Virus record (IMG/VR): IMGVR_UViG_3300025838_000022
Coordinates: 32,001 to 96,000 of that record
Direction: 5' to 3' (one strand)
Length of the DNA: 64,000 bases
Source of the DNA: a virus
Lineage: Duplodnaviria > Caudoviricetes
Both the position numbers and the translations under genes were made by a program. The notes beneath the pieces are model-generated. The model made no database searches and was not told the DNA's origin. It saw only the letters and a list, made by a program, of their open reading frames with translations. How positions within the stretch are numbered: position 1 is the first letter of the stretch; each line of letters starts with the position of its first letter. This document shows positions 1 through 9,218 of this stretch, in pieces.

Positions 1-768
1 CAGGGTATGACCCGTAACGTCCTGCTGGAAGACCCGCTCACCCCTGGTGTCCCTGTCATGTACGACGTTCTTGACGAGTACGGTCAGGCTTACATTCTTT
101 CCGGTAACGAAGGTGAAGTCCGCGTGACACCCTTCGAAGGTAAGAAGGTTCCAGTCCGTTTGTTCCGTATCGCTACCTTCCCTCAGATTAAGAAGGAAGA
201 CCTGTGGTACCTGCGTGTGAACATCGTTGAGTACGCTCAGGACATGTCGAAGCAGGCAATCATGATGCAGGAAGACGCCCGTTTGATCACGGTGCTCGAG
301 GCTGCCATCAACAACTACGCGGTTGACCCCAACCACGTTGTGTCGCCTAACCACATCGTTAACGAGCTCTCGGGTTACATCACCCCTGACTCGTTGTACG
401 ACCTCGTTGCCCTCATCGAAGTCCACCAGTTGGAAGCTTCGAGACTGTTGTTCAACCCAATCGACTACCGTGACCTCTACAAGTGGGACATCAACCAGAC
501 CGGTTGGGCCTTCAAGGACCGCGTTGTCGCTGGTGAGCGCATCGTTCAGTTCGGTGGTTTCCAAGTTCAGCGTTCGATCGAAGTGCCTCAGGGTACTGTC
601 TACATGACCCCAAGCCCCGAGTTCCTCGGTGTGTTCCCCGTCATGTACTCGCTCGACGTCGAAGAGAACCACACCCCAGAGAAGTTCCACAAGGGTTGGG
701 TCATGGACGAGCTCGTCTCCGAGATCGTTCTCAACCCACGTGGTCTGGGCAAGATCGTTAAGGCTTAG
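1..768 (+). CDS. Major capsid protein (5' end outside window)
   Basis: Frame is open from base 1. The sequence RNVLLEDPLTPGVP...GEVRVTPFEGK...FPQIKKEDL...LNPRG resembles the Bxz1/cluster-C capsid protein as I recall it. Codon usage is strongly biased. Confidence 0.85.
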   Translation, partial: QGMTRNVLLEDPLTPGVPVMYDVLDEYGQAYILSGNEGEVRVTPFEGKKVPVRLFRIATFPQIKKEDLWYLRVNIVEYAQDMSKQAIMMQEDARLITVLEAAINNYAVDPNHVVSPNHIVNELSGYITPDSLYDLVALIEVHQLEASRLLFNPIDYRDLYKWDINQTGWAFKDRVVAGERIVQFGGFQVQRSIEVPQGTVYMTPSPEFLGVFPVMYSLDVEENHTPEKFHKGWVMDELVSEIVLNPRGLGKIVKA

Positions 769-786
769 TCTTAACAAACGTACTAA

Positions 787-825
787 GGCCGGGGAGGTCG
801 GGTCCTTTGAGATCGCTCCCCGGTC
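787..825 (+). terminator. GC-rich stem-loop after the capsid gene (terminator or mRNA stabiliser)
   Basis: GGCCGGGGAG (787-796) pairs with CTCCCCGGTC (816-825), with an inner GGTC/GATC helix. No strong U-tract. Confidence 0.55.
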
Positions 826-918
826 ATCGTACAAAATTCGAATTAAAATCTACAGATTTCCTAGATCTGTTAGCAGTTTGCGAAATGCGCAAATTGCCTT
901 GAAACAAGGAGAAACAAA

Positions 919-1485
919 ATGGCAAGAACAGTATCAAAATCAAGCGACACGGGTTCAGAGAGTACTCCAGTTCCAGTAGTGGACCTGGGTGGACACTTTG
1001 AAGACCACATTCCAGACGCAGCCGACAGAGCAGCAGCACTCCAAAAGCGTGCACCAGTTGCTTTCAAGGAACTGCAGGACATTAAGACTGCAGACTGGAT
1101 TGAGAACTTGATGGCTGGTTCAACAGTGTTTTCTAGCGACAAGGGCAGCTTCAAGCTGAATGGCGCTGGTTACCACGGTAGCATCCAGCCAGTCGCTGAG
1201 GAGATCCGCAAGGATCCATACCTGTTGAGAGCCGTACAACGTGGACGTATTGCCTTCATTACAGCTGAAGAGGCCGAAGGTAAGATCGCTGAACTCAGAG
1301 ATGAGAACAGCACAAGCGAGAGCCACATGGATCACCTCCGTGAAAGCCTCGCTGCAGGAGCTAGCGAAAATACAGGTCTTTACAAGATTCCTCTCCCTGA
1401 CGAAGCAGAGCCTAAGGGCCCAGCTCAGACATGGGAACAGATCTGGAAGAACAGCACCAGTACTCCTAAGCCAAAGAACGTATAA
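919..1485 (+). CDS. Hypothetical protein, head module
   Basis: 188 aa ORF with an AAGGAG Shine-Dalgarno, directly after the capsid gene. Confidence 0.8.
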   Translation: MARTVSKSSDTGSESTPVPVVDLGGHFEDHIPDAADRAAALQKRAPVAFKELQDIKTADWIENLMAGSTVFSSDKGSFKLNGAGYHGSIQPVAEEIRKDPYLLRAVQRGRIAFITAEEAEGKIAELRDENSTSESHMDHLRESLAAGASENTGLYKIPLPDEAEPKGPAQTWEQIWKNSTSTPKPKNV

Positions 1486-1527
1486 CAACCGGTGGACTGA
1501 AAAGCTCCACCTTCATAAGGAGCTTAA

Positions 1528-1797
1528 ATGAGCGATGAGATCAAGAAGACAGTAGAGCCTGTTGTCGAGGCAACTGCCGAGCCATTGGGTGCTGTTATCC
1601 CCAGCGGTACGACGCTTAGCGGTACAACAATCTACAACGAGCCATGGTTCGGTCCTTGGGTCCCACAGACCTTCCCCGGTACCGTTAGCGGTGGCTATGC
1701 ACAGCCTACCTTGAGTGGTAACGGCTGGGCTGGTCAAAACAACAACGGATTCGTTTTCCAAAACGATCAATACAACACAACCGTGAGAGGATTCTAA
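1528..1797 (+). CDS. Small putative virion protein
   Basis: 89 aa, AAGGAG SD, four Ser-Gly motifs. Confidence 0.7.
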   Translation: MSDEIKKTVEPVVEATAEPLGAVIPSGTTLSGTTIYNEPWFGPWVPQTFPGTVSGGYAQPTLSGNGWAGQNNNGFVFQNDQYNTTVRGF

Positions 1798-1798
1798 C

Positions 1799-2518
1799 AT
1801 GGCTACACCAAACCTTCCTAACGAGCAAGCTACAAAGGCTACACTCCGCAGCCTGACACGTGGAGGTGTTACACCAGGTGATGTCAACCCACCAGTTGAC
1901 TATGCCATCATGGTTAATGCCATCTCTACGACCAGTGGAATCCTGGAGCTTTCAGTCCCAACCGGTAACACAAGCTTTGTTATTAGTGGTAGCAATGGTC
2001 TGAACTCTGCAGTGATTACTGGTACCTCTACTGGTACCAACGTCAATGGCCTCATTGCTGCTCTTGCCAACACGGCTCTTAGCGGTCAAACGTTCTTTGT
2101 GAACGCTGGTGGTGCTAACTACTTGAACAACACAACGACAAGCATTATCATTCCTAGCGGTGCTGTTCTGACTGTTGTCAGTGCTACGGGTACGGCTCCT
2201 ACTATTACTGCTGCTTCTGGTACTGGCACCGAAGCTAACGCTTACCCAAGCTACGTTGGTACTCCTAACGCTACTCCAAACTGGGTTGATGACGTAACTG
2301 GTCACTCATACCAGGTTGGCTACGCTGGTCAGCTGGTTGTCAACAATAATGGTACCCTGAGTGGTGCAAACGTTGTCCAAACACAGATCCGTCAGATCTT
2401 CACCGGTAACGGTCCTGACGGTGGTAGCCAGACACAGCAGTACGCTGGTTACCAGGCTACCTACTCGGGTAACTTGTACCAGACTGGTCAGAAGAGAACG
2501 TACCGTCAGCAGAGCTAA
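1799..2518 (+). CDS. Putative virion structural or decoration protein
   Basis: 239 aa, rich in Thr/Gly/Ser/Asn, codon bias like the capsid gene. Confidence 0.7.
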   Translation: MATPNLPNEQATKATLRSLTRGGVTPGDVNPPVDYAIMVNAISTTSGILELSVPTGNTSFVISGSNGLNSAVITGTSTGTNVNGLIAALANTALSGQTFFVNAGGANYLNNTTTSIIIPSGAVLTVVSATGTAPTITAASGTGTEANAYPSYVGTPNATPNWVDDVTGHSYQVGYAGQLVVNNNGTLSGANVVQTQIRQIFTGNGPDGGSQTQQYAGYQATYSGNLYQTGQKRTYRQQS

Positions 2519-2658
2519 TGGAACACGTACCTTTTAATGTAAAGGTAGAAGCAGTAGTTATTAGAACCAATGGCACTCAGGAACAACTGGGTGTCATTGG
2601 TTCTACTACTTTAAAGGATAATAGTGAACACAGTATTGACATCGACAACAAGAAGTAG
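2518..2658 (+). CDS. 46-aa hypothetical protein (not in ORF track)
   Basis: ATG overlaps the upstream TAA (TAATG). Reads MEHVPFNVKVEAVVIRTNGTQEQLGVIG... Confidence 0.6.
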   Translation: MEHVPFNVKVEAVVIRTNGTQEQLGVIGSTTLKDNSEHSIDIDNKK

Positions 2659-3229
2659 CCTCGTCAACGTCATCACAGGTTCTGGCTATTCCTTGAGTGA
2701 GCCAAAATACCTCTCTTTTGGAACTGGCTTAAGTCCTGCTTTACCTACCGATATTGCTCTTGGTAACCCTATTGGCAGTGTTATCTCTGGTACTGTTAGT
2801 ACTCTTTCTACCGTTACATCAGGTGATACGTACTTTTGTACGGGTACTTTCACTGCTAGTGGAATTGTTTCGGTTACCGAGGTAGGCCTTTTTACCAGTC
2901 AGTCTAGTTCAGCTGTAGGATCAATTGCAAGTCAGGTTAACCCTACAGATACCACCATTACAGTGAGCGGCTACAGCGGCTTTCCAGGTACCTTTCCGTT
3001 CAATGTACAGGTGCTTACCGAAGTGATGACAGTGACCTCTGGCGATGGTACAAATGTCTTCAATGTAATTCGTGGTACAAACGGCTCTAGTAGAGTGACG
3101 AGTATTATTCCAACGCTTACCCCAGTTGTAGGACCAGCAGGGTATATGTTCTTGAAAAGTACGTTTTCAGGTATCAACCTATATCCAGGGGATAATCTTC
3201 AATTTAATATCAGCGTACAATTCTCTTAG
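2624..3229 (+). CDS. Virion structural protein (tail or fibre associated)
   Basis: GTG start with AAAGGA SD. Motifs YLSFGTG...TDIAL, VTEVGLF and GDNLQF are typical of phage tail-associated proteins. Confidence 0.7.
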   Translation: MNTVLTSTTRSSLVNVITGSGYSLSEPKYLSFGTGLSPALPTDIALGNPIGSVISGTVSTLSTVTSGDTYFCTGTFTASGIVSVTEVGLFTSQSSSAVGSIASQVNPTDTTITVSGYSGFPGTFPFNVQVLTEVMTVTSGDGTNVFNVIRGTNGSSRVTSIIPTLTPVVGPAGYMFLKSTFSGINLYPGDNLQFNISVQFS

Positions 3230-3236
3230 GATCTAA

Positions 3237-6200
3237 ATGTCTTACCCCACATATACAACTCCTAGATCTATCGCTGGCGCAGCTGCACCTTCTTACCTTT
3301 CTGCAACGCTTGCTAGTGGGTACTCTGCTGGTCAAACAATTACAGTTGGCAATACATCTGGCTGGTATGAGGTAAGCTCGAGTGGCACTGCTACAACAAA
3401 TCCTTTGGGAACTAGCGGTGTATTTACGTTGGTGGTTGATTACGGCCTCAGCACAGAGGAAAAGATCCTGTGCGCATCCGGTGCTATCTCTATTGGTGTT
3501 AATGCAGTAATCCCAGTGTGGACAGACGGTACTTACAACGGCCGTGGCTGGGATGGCACAACATCGGTGGCTCACGCTACGGGCAGTGGCACGAACCCTA
3601 ACGTATTCCTGGTTAGAACCGCGGTAGATGACCTTCAATTCAACACGTCAGCGGCCACGCTTACTAACAACCTTGCCACACTCTCTGGGCAATATGCTGT
3701 CACTTCCGGAATTGTTACAGCACAATCTGGTTACATTTCTACGATCTCAGGTAAGCAAGTTACTGATGAGACAAATATTGCTAGTTTGTCAGGTAGTTTG
3801 GCAACCCTCAGTGGTCAATATGTAATAACCAGTGGTATTGTAACCGGTCACACTGGTTCAATTGCAAGCATCAGCGGTAGCCTTAATACCCTGTCGGGGC
3901 AATTTGTTGCATTGTCAGGCGCCTATGCTGTAACCTCAGGGAACCTCAACACAACAAATGGTAACCTGTCAACATTAAGTGGCCAGTTCGTAACTCTTAG
4001 TGGAGCTTACGCAACCACTTCGGGTAACTTAAACACAACGAACACAAACGTTGCGAACCTTAGCGGTCAATTTGCTTCACTGTCTGGGCAGTATCTGACT
4101 ACATCAGGGATAGTTACTGGGCACACAAGTTCAATTGCTTCAATCAGTGGCAGCCTAAACACCTTGTCTGGTCAGTACGTTGCTACCAGTGGCAGTTTAA
4201 CCACGTTGAGCGGTCAATACGTTGTAACTTCTGGTAGTCTTACAACCCTTTCAGGACAATTTGTTGTTCTAAGCGGTGCATACGCTGCTACTTCAGGTAG
4301 CCTCAACACCGTAAGCGGAGTCGCTTACTCTGCTCTGCAACGCTCTGGTGGTACTATCAGTGGTGCATTGAATATCACCAGCCCCATCCTTGGTGGTGTA
4401 ACTGCTACTAGCGGACAATCTCTTGTATGGAACAGCACACAATGGGTGCCAGCTACCATTAGTGGTGGCAGTGGAGGAAGCGGAATTACTTCACTTACAG
4501 GTGACGTAACTGCATCCGGTACGGGTGCGGTTGCTGCAACACTGGTAGGTACGACTGCTGTTAGTGGTGTAGTAAACACTATTATCAATGTTAACCCCAC
4601 TGTTACAGGAACAGTTGCAAGCCTTGCCACCCTAAGCGGCCAATTCGTTGCGCTTAGCGGAGCATATGCAATAACGTCTGGTTCGTTGAACACCGTAAGC
4701 GGAGTTGCTTATGCTGCTTTGCCAGGCTCTGGCGGCACAATTAGTGGCAACCTTGTAGTTGCTTCTGGTCTCACTGTTAGTGGAACTATAAGTGGAACTA
4801 CTGCTGTTTTTAGTGGTGGCGTAACAGCACAGTACTTATCAGTAAGTGGCATCCCAGGTTCTACGTCTGGTTCTAGATTCGTGGGTGCTATTTCAACTGG
4901 TATTAGTGGCATACCTTACGGTCCTAATTCTGGTACTTATACCGTAGGCGATTTTGTAACTGACCAAGCAGGTAAAATCTGGGTCTGCTATAGTGGCGGC
5001 ACTCCTGGTCTTTGGACTACGACACTTTACAGTCTTCCTATCTATAGAACCTATAGAGGTGGTGTAGGCGCAGCAAATAATGCTAATGGTGTAAGTATCC
5101 CAACGACAGGATCGGGACTCTTGTTAGCACCCAATGAGCAAACTATTTTGCAAATTGGTAATACACAGGGTAATGGAGTTACCTGGACATTACCTTTTAA
5201 CCCTCCAAATGGTAGCATTAATACTTTTATTAATACTAGCAATGGTTACTATACATATCTTTTGCCATCTGGTACGGATACAATTAATGTAAATAACACT
5301 GTTTATTCTGGTACTAGTAGCCCAGGTTTGTACATTGGTCCTGGTGCTTGGTACCAGTTTAGCTATGATGCTTTTGGACAGGGCAGTGGAAAAGGTGTTT
5401 GGTTTGCATTCTCCAGCAACCAGGCTCAATATTTATCTGGTAATTTTTCCAACGTTACAGTTACAGGCACTCTAAACGCTATTGGCCCTACGAATACATT
5501 AAGTGGGACAAATAATTTATTTGGTACAACAACTATTAGTGGTAGTTACGCTTTTTACCCTGCGTTATCAGGTACACCTACAGGAGCTGCAGGCGGTGAT
5601 CTTACAGGTACTTACCCTAACCCAACGTTAGTTGGAACCACAAATGTAAGCGGAATTGTTAACACTATTATCAATGTTAACTCAACGGTGACAGGTACCG
5701 CTGCTAGCTTGACTACGCTAAGTGGTCAGTATGTTGCTACTTCAGGTAGCCTCGCTACACTTTCAGGTCAGTTTGCGACCCTTAGCGGCGCCTATGCAAC
5801 CACATCAGGCAACCTCAATACAACAAATGCCAATGTAGCAAGCTTAAGCGGCCAATTTGCTTCACTTTCAGGACAATACTTAACCACCTCTGGCATCGTA
5901 ACAACAGCAACAGGTAACATTGCATCATTGTCAGGCAGCCTTGCAACGTTAAGCGGACAGTACGTAAGTACTAGTGGTAGCCTTACAACTTTGTCAGGTC
6001 AGTTTGTAACGCTTAGTGGGCAATATAACACAACATCTGGTATTGTTACTGGTCAAACGAGCTCTATCGCGCTAATTTCAGGTAACCTTAACACTGTTAG
6101 TGGTGTAGCTTATGCTGCCCTGCCAGGATCCGGTGGAACTATTAGCGGCAACCTTGTTGTTGCTTCTGGTTTTACTGTATCTGGTACATCTACTCACATT

Positions 6201-6686
6201 GGTAACTCTACGTTTAGTGGTACTCTTACAGTGGCAAGTGCCATTATCAACCCTATCCTTCAGGGTGCTTATGAAGTTGTATCTTACAGTGGATCAACCG
6301 TGCTTAGCGGAACGGCTACTCCAGCTACGCTTAATGCAGCAAACAGCTCTTTCTATTTCTATAACACAGCACCATCTGGTTCATATACTGTGGCAATCAC
6401 TGGTGCTCCAACAGTATCGGGTAGAAGTGCTACATTCGCTCTGCTGGTAAACAATGGTGCAACAGCCTATTTGCCCAATCAAATTACCATCAATGGTGTA
6501 GGCGCTTCTTCTACACTTGCACTGCCAGCCCAGGGATCTACAACTAGTGGTATTACTACCTATTACCAGGGTGGTACGTTGTGGTCATCAGCAGATGCAA
6601 GTACTCTTGACTCTTACACGTTTACTGTGATCTGCACGTCATTTACCCCAACATGGACATTGTTAGCAGGATTGACAAAGTTCTAA
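3237..6686 (+). CDS. Long fibre protein with Ser-Gly heptad coiled-coil segments
   Basis: 1149 aa. Three blocks of 7-residue repeats (LxTLSGQ / YxxTSGx), fibre-type motifs such as AGGDLTGTYPNP, and a C-terminal head-like domain. Confidence 0.85.
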   Translation: MSYPTYTTPRSIAGAAAPSYLSATLASGYSAGQTITVGNTSGWYEVSSSGTATTNPLGTSGVFTLVVDYGLSTEEKILCASGAISIGVNAVIPVWTDGTYNGRGWDGTTSVAHATGSGTNPNVFLVRTAVDDLQFNTSAATLTNNLATLSGQYAVTSGIVTAQSGYISTISGKQVTDETNIASLSGSLATLSGQYVITSGIVTGHTGSIASISGSLNTLSGQFVALSGAYAVTSGNLNTTNGNLSTLSGQFVTLSGAYATTSGNLNTTNTNVANLSGQFASLSGQYLTTSGIVTGHTSSIASISGSLNTLSGQYVATSGSLTTLSGQYVVTSGSLTTLSGQFVVLSGAYAATSGSLNTVSGVAYSALQRSGGTISGALNITSPILGGVTATSGQSLVWNSTQWVPATISGGSGGSGITSLTGDVTASGTGAVAATLVGTTAVSGVVNTIINVNPTVTGTVASLATLSGQFVALSGAYAITSGSLNTVSGVAYAALPGSGGTISGNLVVASGLTVSGTISGTTAVFSGGVTAQYLSVSGIPGSTSGSRFVGAISTGISGIPYGPNSGTYTVGDFVTDQAGKIWVCYSGGTPGLWTTTLYSLPIYRTYRGGVGAANNANGVSIPTTGSGLLLAPNEQTILQIGNTQGNGVTWTLPFNPPNGSINTFINTSNGYYTYLLPSGTDTINVNNTVYSGTSSPGLYIGPGAWYQFSYDAFGQGSGKGVWFAFSSNQAQYLSGNFSNVTVTGTLNAIGPTNTLSGTNNLFGTTTISGSYAFYPALSGTPTGAAGGDLTGTYPNPTLVGTTNVSGIVNTIINVNSTVTGTAASLTTLSGQYVATSGSLATLSGQFATLSGAYATTSGNLNTTNANVASLSGQFASLSGQYLTTSGIVTTATGNIASLSGSLATLSGQYVSTSGSLTTLSGQFVTLSGQYNTTSGIVTGQTSSIALISGNLNTVSGVAYAALPGSGGTISGNLVVASGFTVSGTSTHIGNSTFSGTLTVASAIINPILQGAYEVVSYSGSTVLSGTATPATLNAANSSFYFYNTAPSGSYTVAITGAPTVSGRSATFALLVNNGATAYLPNQITINGVGASSTLALPAQGSTTSGITTYYQGGTLWSSADASTLDSYTFTVICTSFTPTWTLLAGLTKF
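3672..4322 (+). repeat. 31 tandem 21-bp (7-aa) degenerate repeats
   Basis: 651 bp equals 31 heptads, from LATLSGQ to LNTVSGV. Related blocks lie at ~4620-4710 and ~5710-6110. Confidence 0.85.
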
Positions 6687-7423
6687 TGCCATTGGTAACT
6701 ACTTTTGCAGACGATGCTATTCAAGCATTAAGTCGTTTAATCACATCAGGGGGATCATTCTCATCCACGGTTCTTATTGTTGGTGGTGGTGGTGGGTCAA
6801 TCGGTAGCACAAGGTATGGTGGTGGAGCTGGTGGTATGCAAACAATTACACCAACCATCACAATAGGAACTGCCTATACAATTACTGTAGGTTCTGCTGG
6901 AACAACTACAAATGGTGGTAACTCGGTATTCAACACTACAACATCATTGGGTGGTGGTACAACAAACAGTAGTGGTGGTTCTGGTGGTGGTAGTACAAGC
7001 GCAACCAAATATGCTGGTACAGCTGGTCAAGGTAACTCAGGCGGTGCAGGTACCACTACTGGTGTTGGTGGTGGTGGTGGCGCTGGCGGAGCTGGTATAA
7101 ATGGTTTAGCAGGTGTCGGTGGTAATGGCGGCGCAGGACTTCAGAGTTCGATTACCGGAACGGCGGTCTACTACGCCGCCGGTGGTGGTGGCTACGCCGT
7201 TGCAAACCCTGGTTCAGCTGGTACAGGTTGGTCCTCAACTGGATATGGTATGGGTGCAGATGCTGGTACACCGGCCAATGCTACAGCGGGTGTAGTAATT
7301 ATTTCTTTGCCAAATACCTACACCGGGACGCCGACCTCGTCGCTCGTCTACACCAAGACCACTTACACCGGCTACGTTGTGTTTACATTCAGAACGGCGG
7401 GTACAGGAACGGTAACTTTCTAA
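6686..7423 (+). CDS. Glycine-rich tail fibre or tip protein
   Basis: Start at the TAATG overlap (MPLVTTF...). Motifs VGGGGG, YYAAGGGG and GVVII are typical of phage glycine-rich domains. Confidence 0.75.
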   Translation: MPLVTTFADDAIQALSRLITSGGSFSSTVLIVGGGGGSIGSTRYGGGAGGMQTITPTITIGTAYTITVGSAGTTTNGGNSVFNTTTSLGGGTTNSSGGSGGGSTSATKYAGTAGQGNSGGAGTTTGVGGGGGAGGAGINGLAGVGGNGGAGLQSSITGTAVYYAAGGGGYAVANPGSAGTGWSSTGYGMGADAGTPANATAGVVIISLPNTYTGTPTSSLVYTKTTYTGYVVFTFRTAGTGTVTF

Positions 7424-7752
7424 TGCTAGGCAACCGAGGATATTACAGCTCAAACGCCAAGGTGTATGAAGGCTACCGTGGTATACGTAAGCTGCAATCT
7501 TATATATTAAACATCTTGTTGGTTGAATTTGGTAAAGTACAACCATTTATCAATGTTAATAATTATGCATTAGATAACGATCAAAATCTTGATAATGCTG
7601 GCAACTTCACTGCGAATAATGACCAGCCAGGTCTTAATTGGATAGAACCAATAATTCCTGCTAGCGAAGGGTACACCGCAGAAGAAGTCCTGCAACCCAA
7701 TGACTTTACAGAACCTGACTATCCATCTGGCGAAGATGTAGTACCCTCTTAA
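7423..7752 (+). CDS. Hypothetical protein
   Basis: ATG at the TAATG overlap (MLGNRGYY...), 109 aa. Confidence 0.65.
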   Translation: MLGNRGYYSSNAKVYEGYRGIRKLQSYILNILLVEFGKVQPFINVNNYALDNDQNLDNAGNFTANNDQPGLNWIEPIIPASEGYTAEEVLQPNDFTEPDYPSGEDVVPS

Positions 7753-7766
7753 TTTTGCTGTAGATA
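7737..7766 (+). promoter_or_regulatory. Candidate phage late promoter (TGTA-N16-GC-N3-AGATA)
   Basis: The same motif and spacing occur at 12032 and 24053, and with spacing +1 at 33343. Confidence 0.45.
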
Positions 7767-7785
7767 ATAGACCAAAGGAGATAGT

Positions 7786-8337
7786 ATGAACGACACACGC
7801 AATGCACAAGTAGCTTGGGCCGAATGGGGCGTAGCTAATCACCAGCACTTTAATTACTCAGAAGGTGCTGACCGCATGAACGCCATTGGTATCTGGCCTC
7901 CCAAGTTCCCAATCAACACCGACTGCTCTGGTTCTTGCACTCTGTGGGCATTCCTTGCCAATGGTAATGACCCCAACGGCCTTGGGTTTGACCACGAAGG
8001 TTACACTGGCACATTCCTTAGCCACGAAGAGCACCTTGCTCTCTGGGTTAAGAATGCTAAGGGTGTTCTTGTAGAAGACGTTTTGCCAGGTGACTACGTA
8101 GTTTATGGACCCGGAACGGGCGAACACGTAGCGATTATCGTGAAGGTAAACGGCAATGATATCTTGACCGTTTCGCACGGCCAACAAGGCGGACCTGGCT
8201 ACTGCTGGGTTAACACGCCAACAAAGACTCCAAACCCAAACAACTTCCCAGTCGATGGTCGTACCCCACAGACGTTCCTACGCAATGTAACTGACACAAC
8301 AAAGCCTGTTCGCACACCTGCAGACCTTCCAAAGTAG
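7786..8337 (+). CDS. NlpC/P60-family peptidoglycan hydrolase (putative endolysin)
   Basis: TDCSG catalytic Cys, GYTGT, PGDYVVYG...HVAII and SHG motifs. AAAGGAG SD. Confidence 0.75.
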   Translation: MNDTRNAQVAWAEWGVANHQHFNYSEGADRMNAIGIWPPKFPINTDCSGSCTLWAFLANGNDPNGLGFDHEGYTGTFLSHEEHLALWVKNAKGVLVEDVLPGDYVVYGPGTGEHVAIIVKVNGNDILTVSHGQQGGPGYCWVNTPTKTPNPNNFPVDGRTPQTFLRNVTDTTKPVRTPADLPK

Positions 8338-8342
8338 GATAA

Positions 8343-9218
8343 ATGGCACGCCAACGCGTTAATTTTTACTCAGGTGTAATCAGCTCCTTAGCGAGCTCTA
8401 CTGCTGGAGCAACCACAACAATTACTGGTAACGGTTTGGGTGTGGGGTTCCCAGTGCCTAGTGCTGGTAATTACATTCCAATTACTCTTAACCCAGGTTA
8501 TTTTGGTGCTAATAACACCAGTGGCCCTGAAATCGCCTACATTACACCAGGCGGTTCTAGCACGATTGCCAACGTTACAAGAGTAGTTGAAGGATCTGTT
8601 TTCGCTAGCGGTACCAATGTACCATGGGTGGCTGGGCCTGTTTTATCTGACTTTGATGCAAGCAACCTAAGTTCAAGTGGCGTTGTTACTTTTAACAATG
8701 GCCTTGTTGTATATGGTGGCGATTCAATTTATGGCGGTGATGTAGTTCAGCAGGGTAACTTAACTGTCAGCGGTAATGCTACTGTCAGCGGTAATATTAG
8801 CACCAGCGGAACGATCACTGCTAGTGGTGCAACGTTTACTACATCACCGAATGTTACTGGTAAGTGGATGTCAAATACCGCTATCAACCCTACCGGTGTT
8901 ACCACTGGTTATTCAAACCAGGTTGCAGTTAGCGTTAGCGGTTATACCAATTACCTGATTAACTACACCATCAGAGTGGCAAGCTCAGCTAGTAATACAC
9001 AAATTATACAAGCCGCCATCCAAAAAGCAGGTTCAACAATTAGCGTAAATGCACAGCAAACTACTTCTGCTGGAGCAACAAGCACGCTGACGATCTCACA
9101 CCTGGACACTGGAGTCAGTACTGGTGTTATAACTTATGACGGTGTAGTCCTAATTGGTGGATCAGGTTCGACTGCCACAGTTGGTGGAATCGAAATGAAT
9201 GTTATTGGTCTTAATTAA
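8343..9218 (+). CDS. Virion structural or short fibre protein
   Basis: 291 aa, S/T/G-rich, with GNLTVSGN beta-helix-like repeats. Confidence 0.7.
   Translation: MARQRVNFYSGVISSLASSTAGATTTITGNGLGVGFPVPSAGNYIPITLNPGYFGANNTSGPEIAYITPGGSSTIANVTRVVEGSVFASGTNVPWVAGPVLSDFDASNLSSSGVVTFNNGLVVYGGDSIYGGDVVQQGNLTVSGNATVSGNISTSGTITASGATFTTSPNVTGKWMSNTAINPTGVTTGYSNQVAVSVSGYTNYLINYTIRVASSASNTQIIQAAIQKAGSTISVNAQQTTSAGATSTLTISHLDTGVSTGVITYDGVVLIGGSGSTATVGGIEMNVIGLN

Noticed and set aside
2610-2616. Slippery-looking T TTA AAG in the 46-aa ORF overlapping the 2624 gene
   Set aside because: The -1 frame hits TAA almost immediately. The downstream gene is in the +1 frame, and AAAGGA is simply its SD.
3672-6110. 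21-bp periodic repeats as a CRISPR array or diversity-generating retroelement
   Set aside because: The repeats are in-frame, coding and synonymously diverged, with no spacers. I saw no reverse transcriptase or adenine-specific TR/VR pair.
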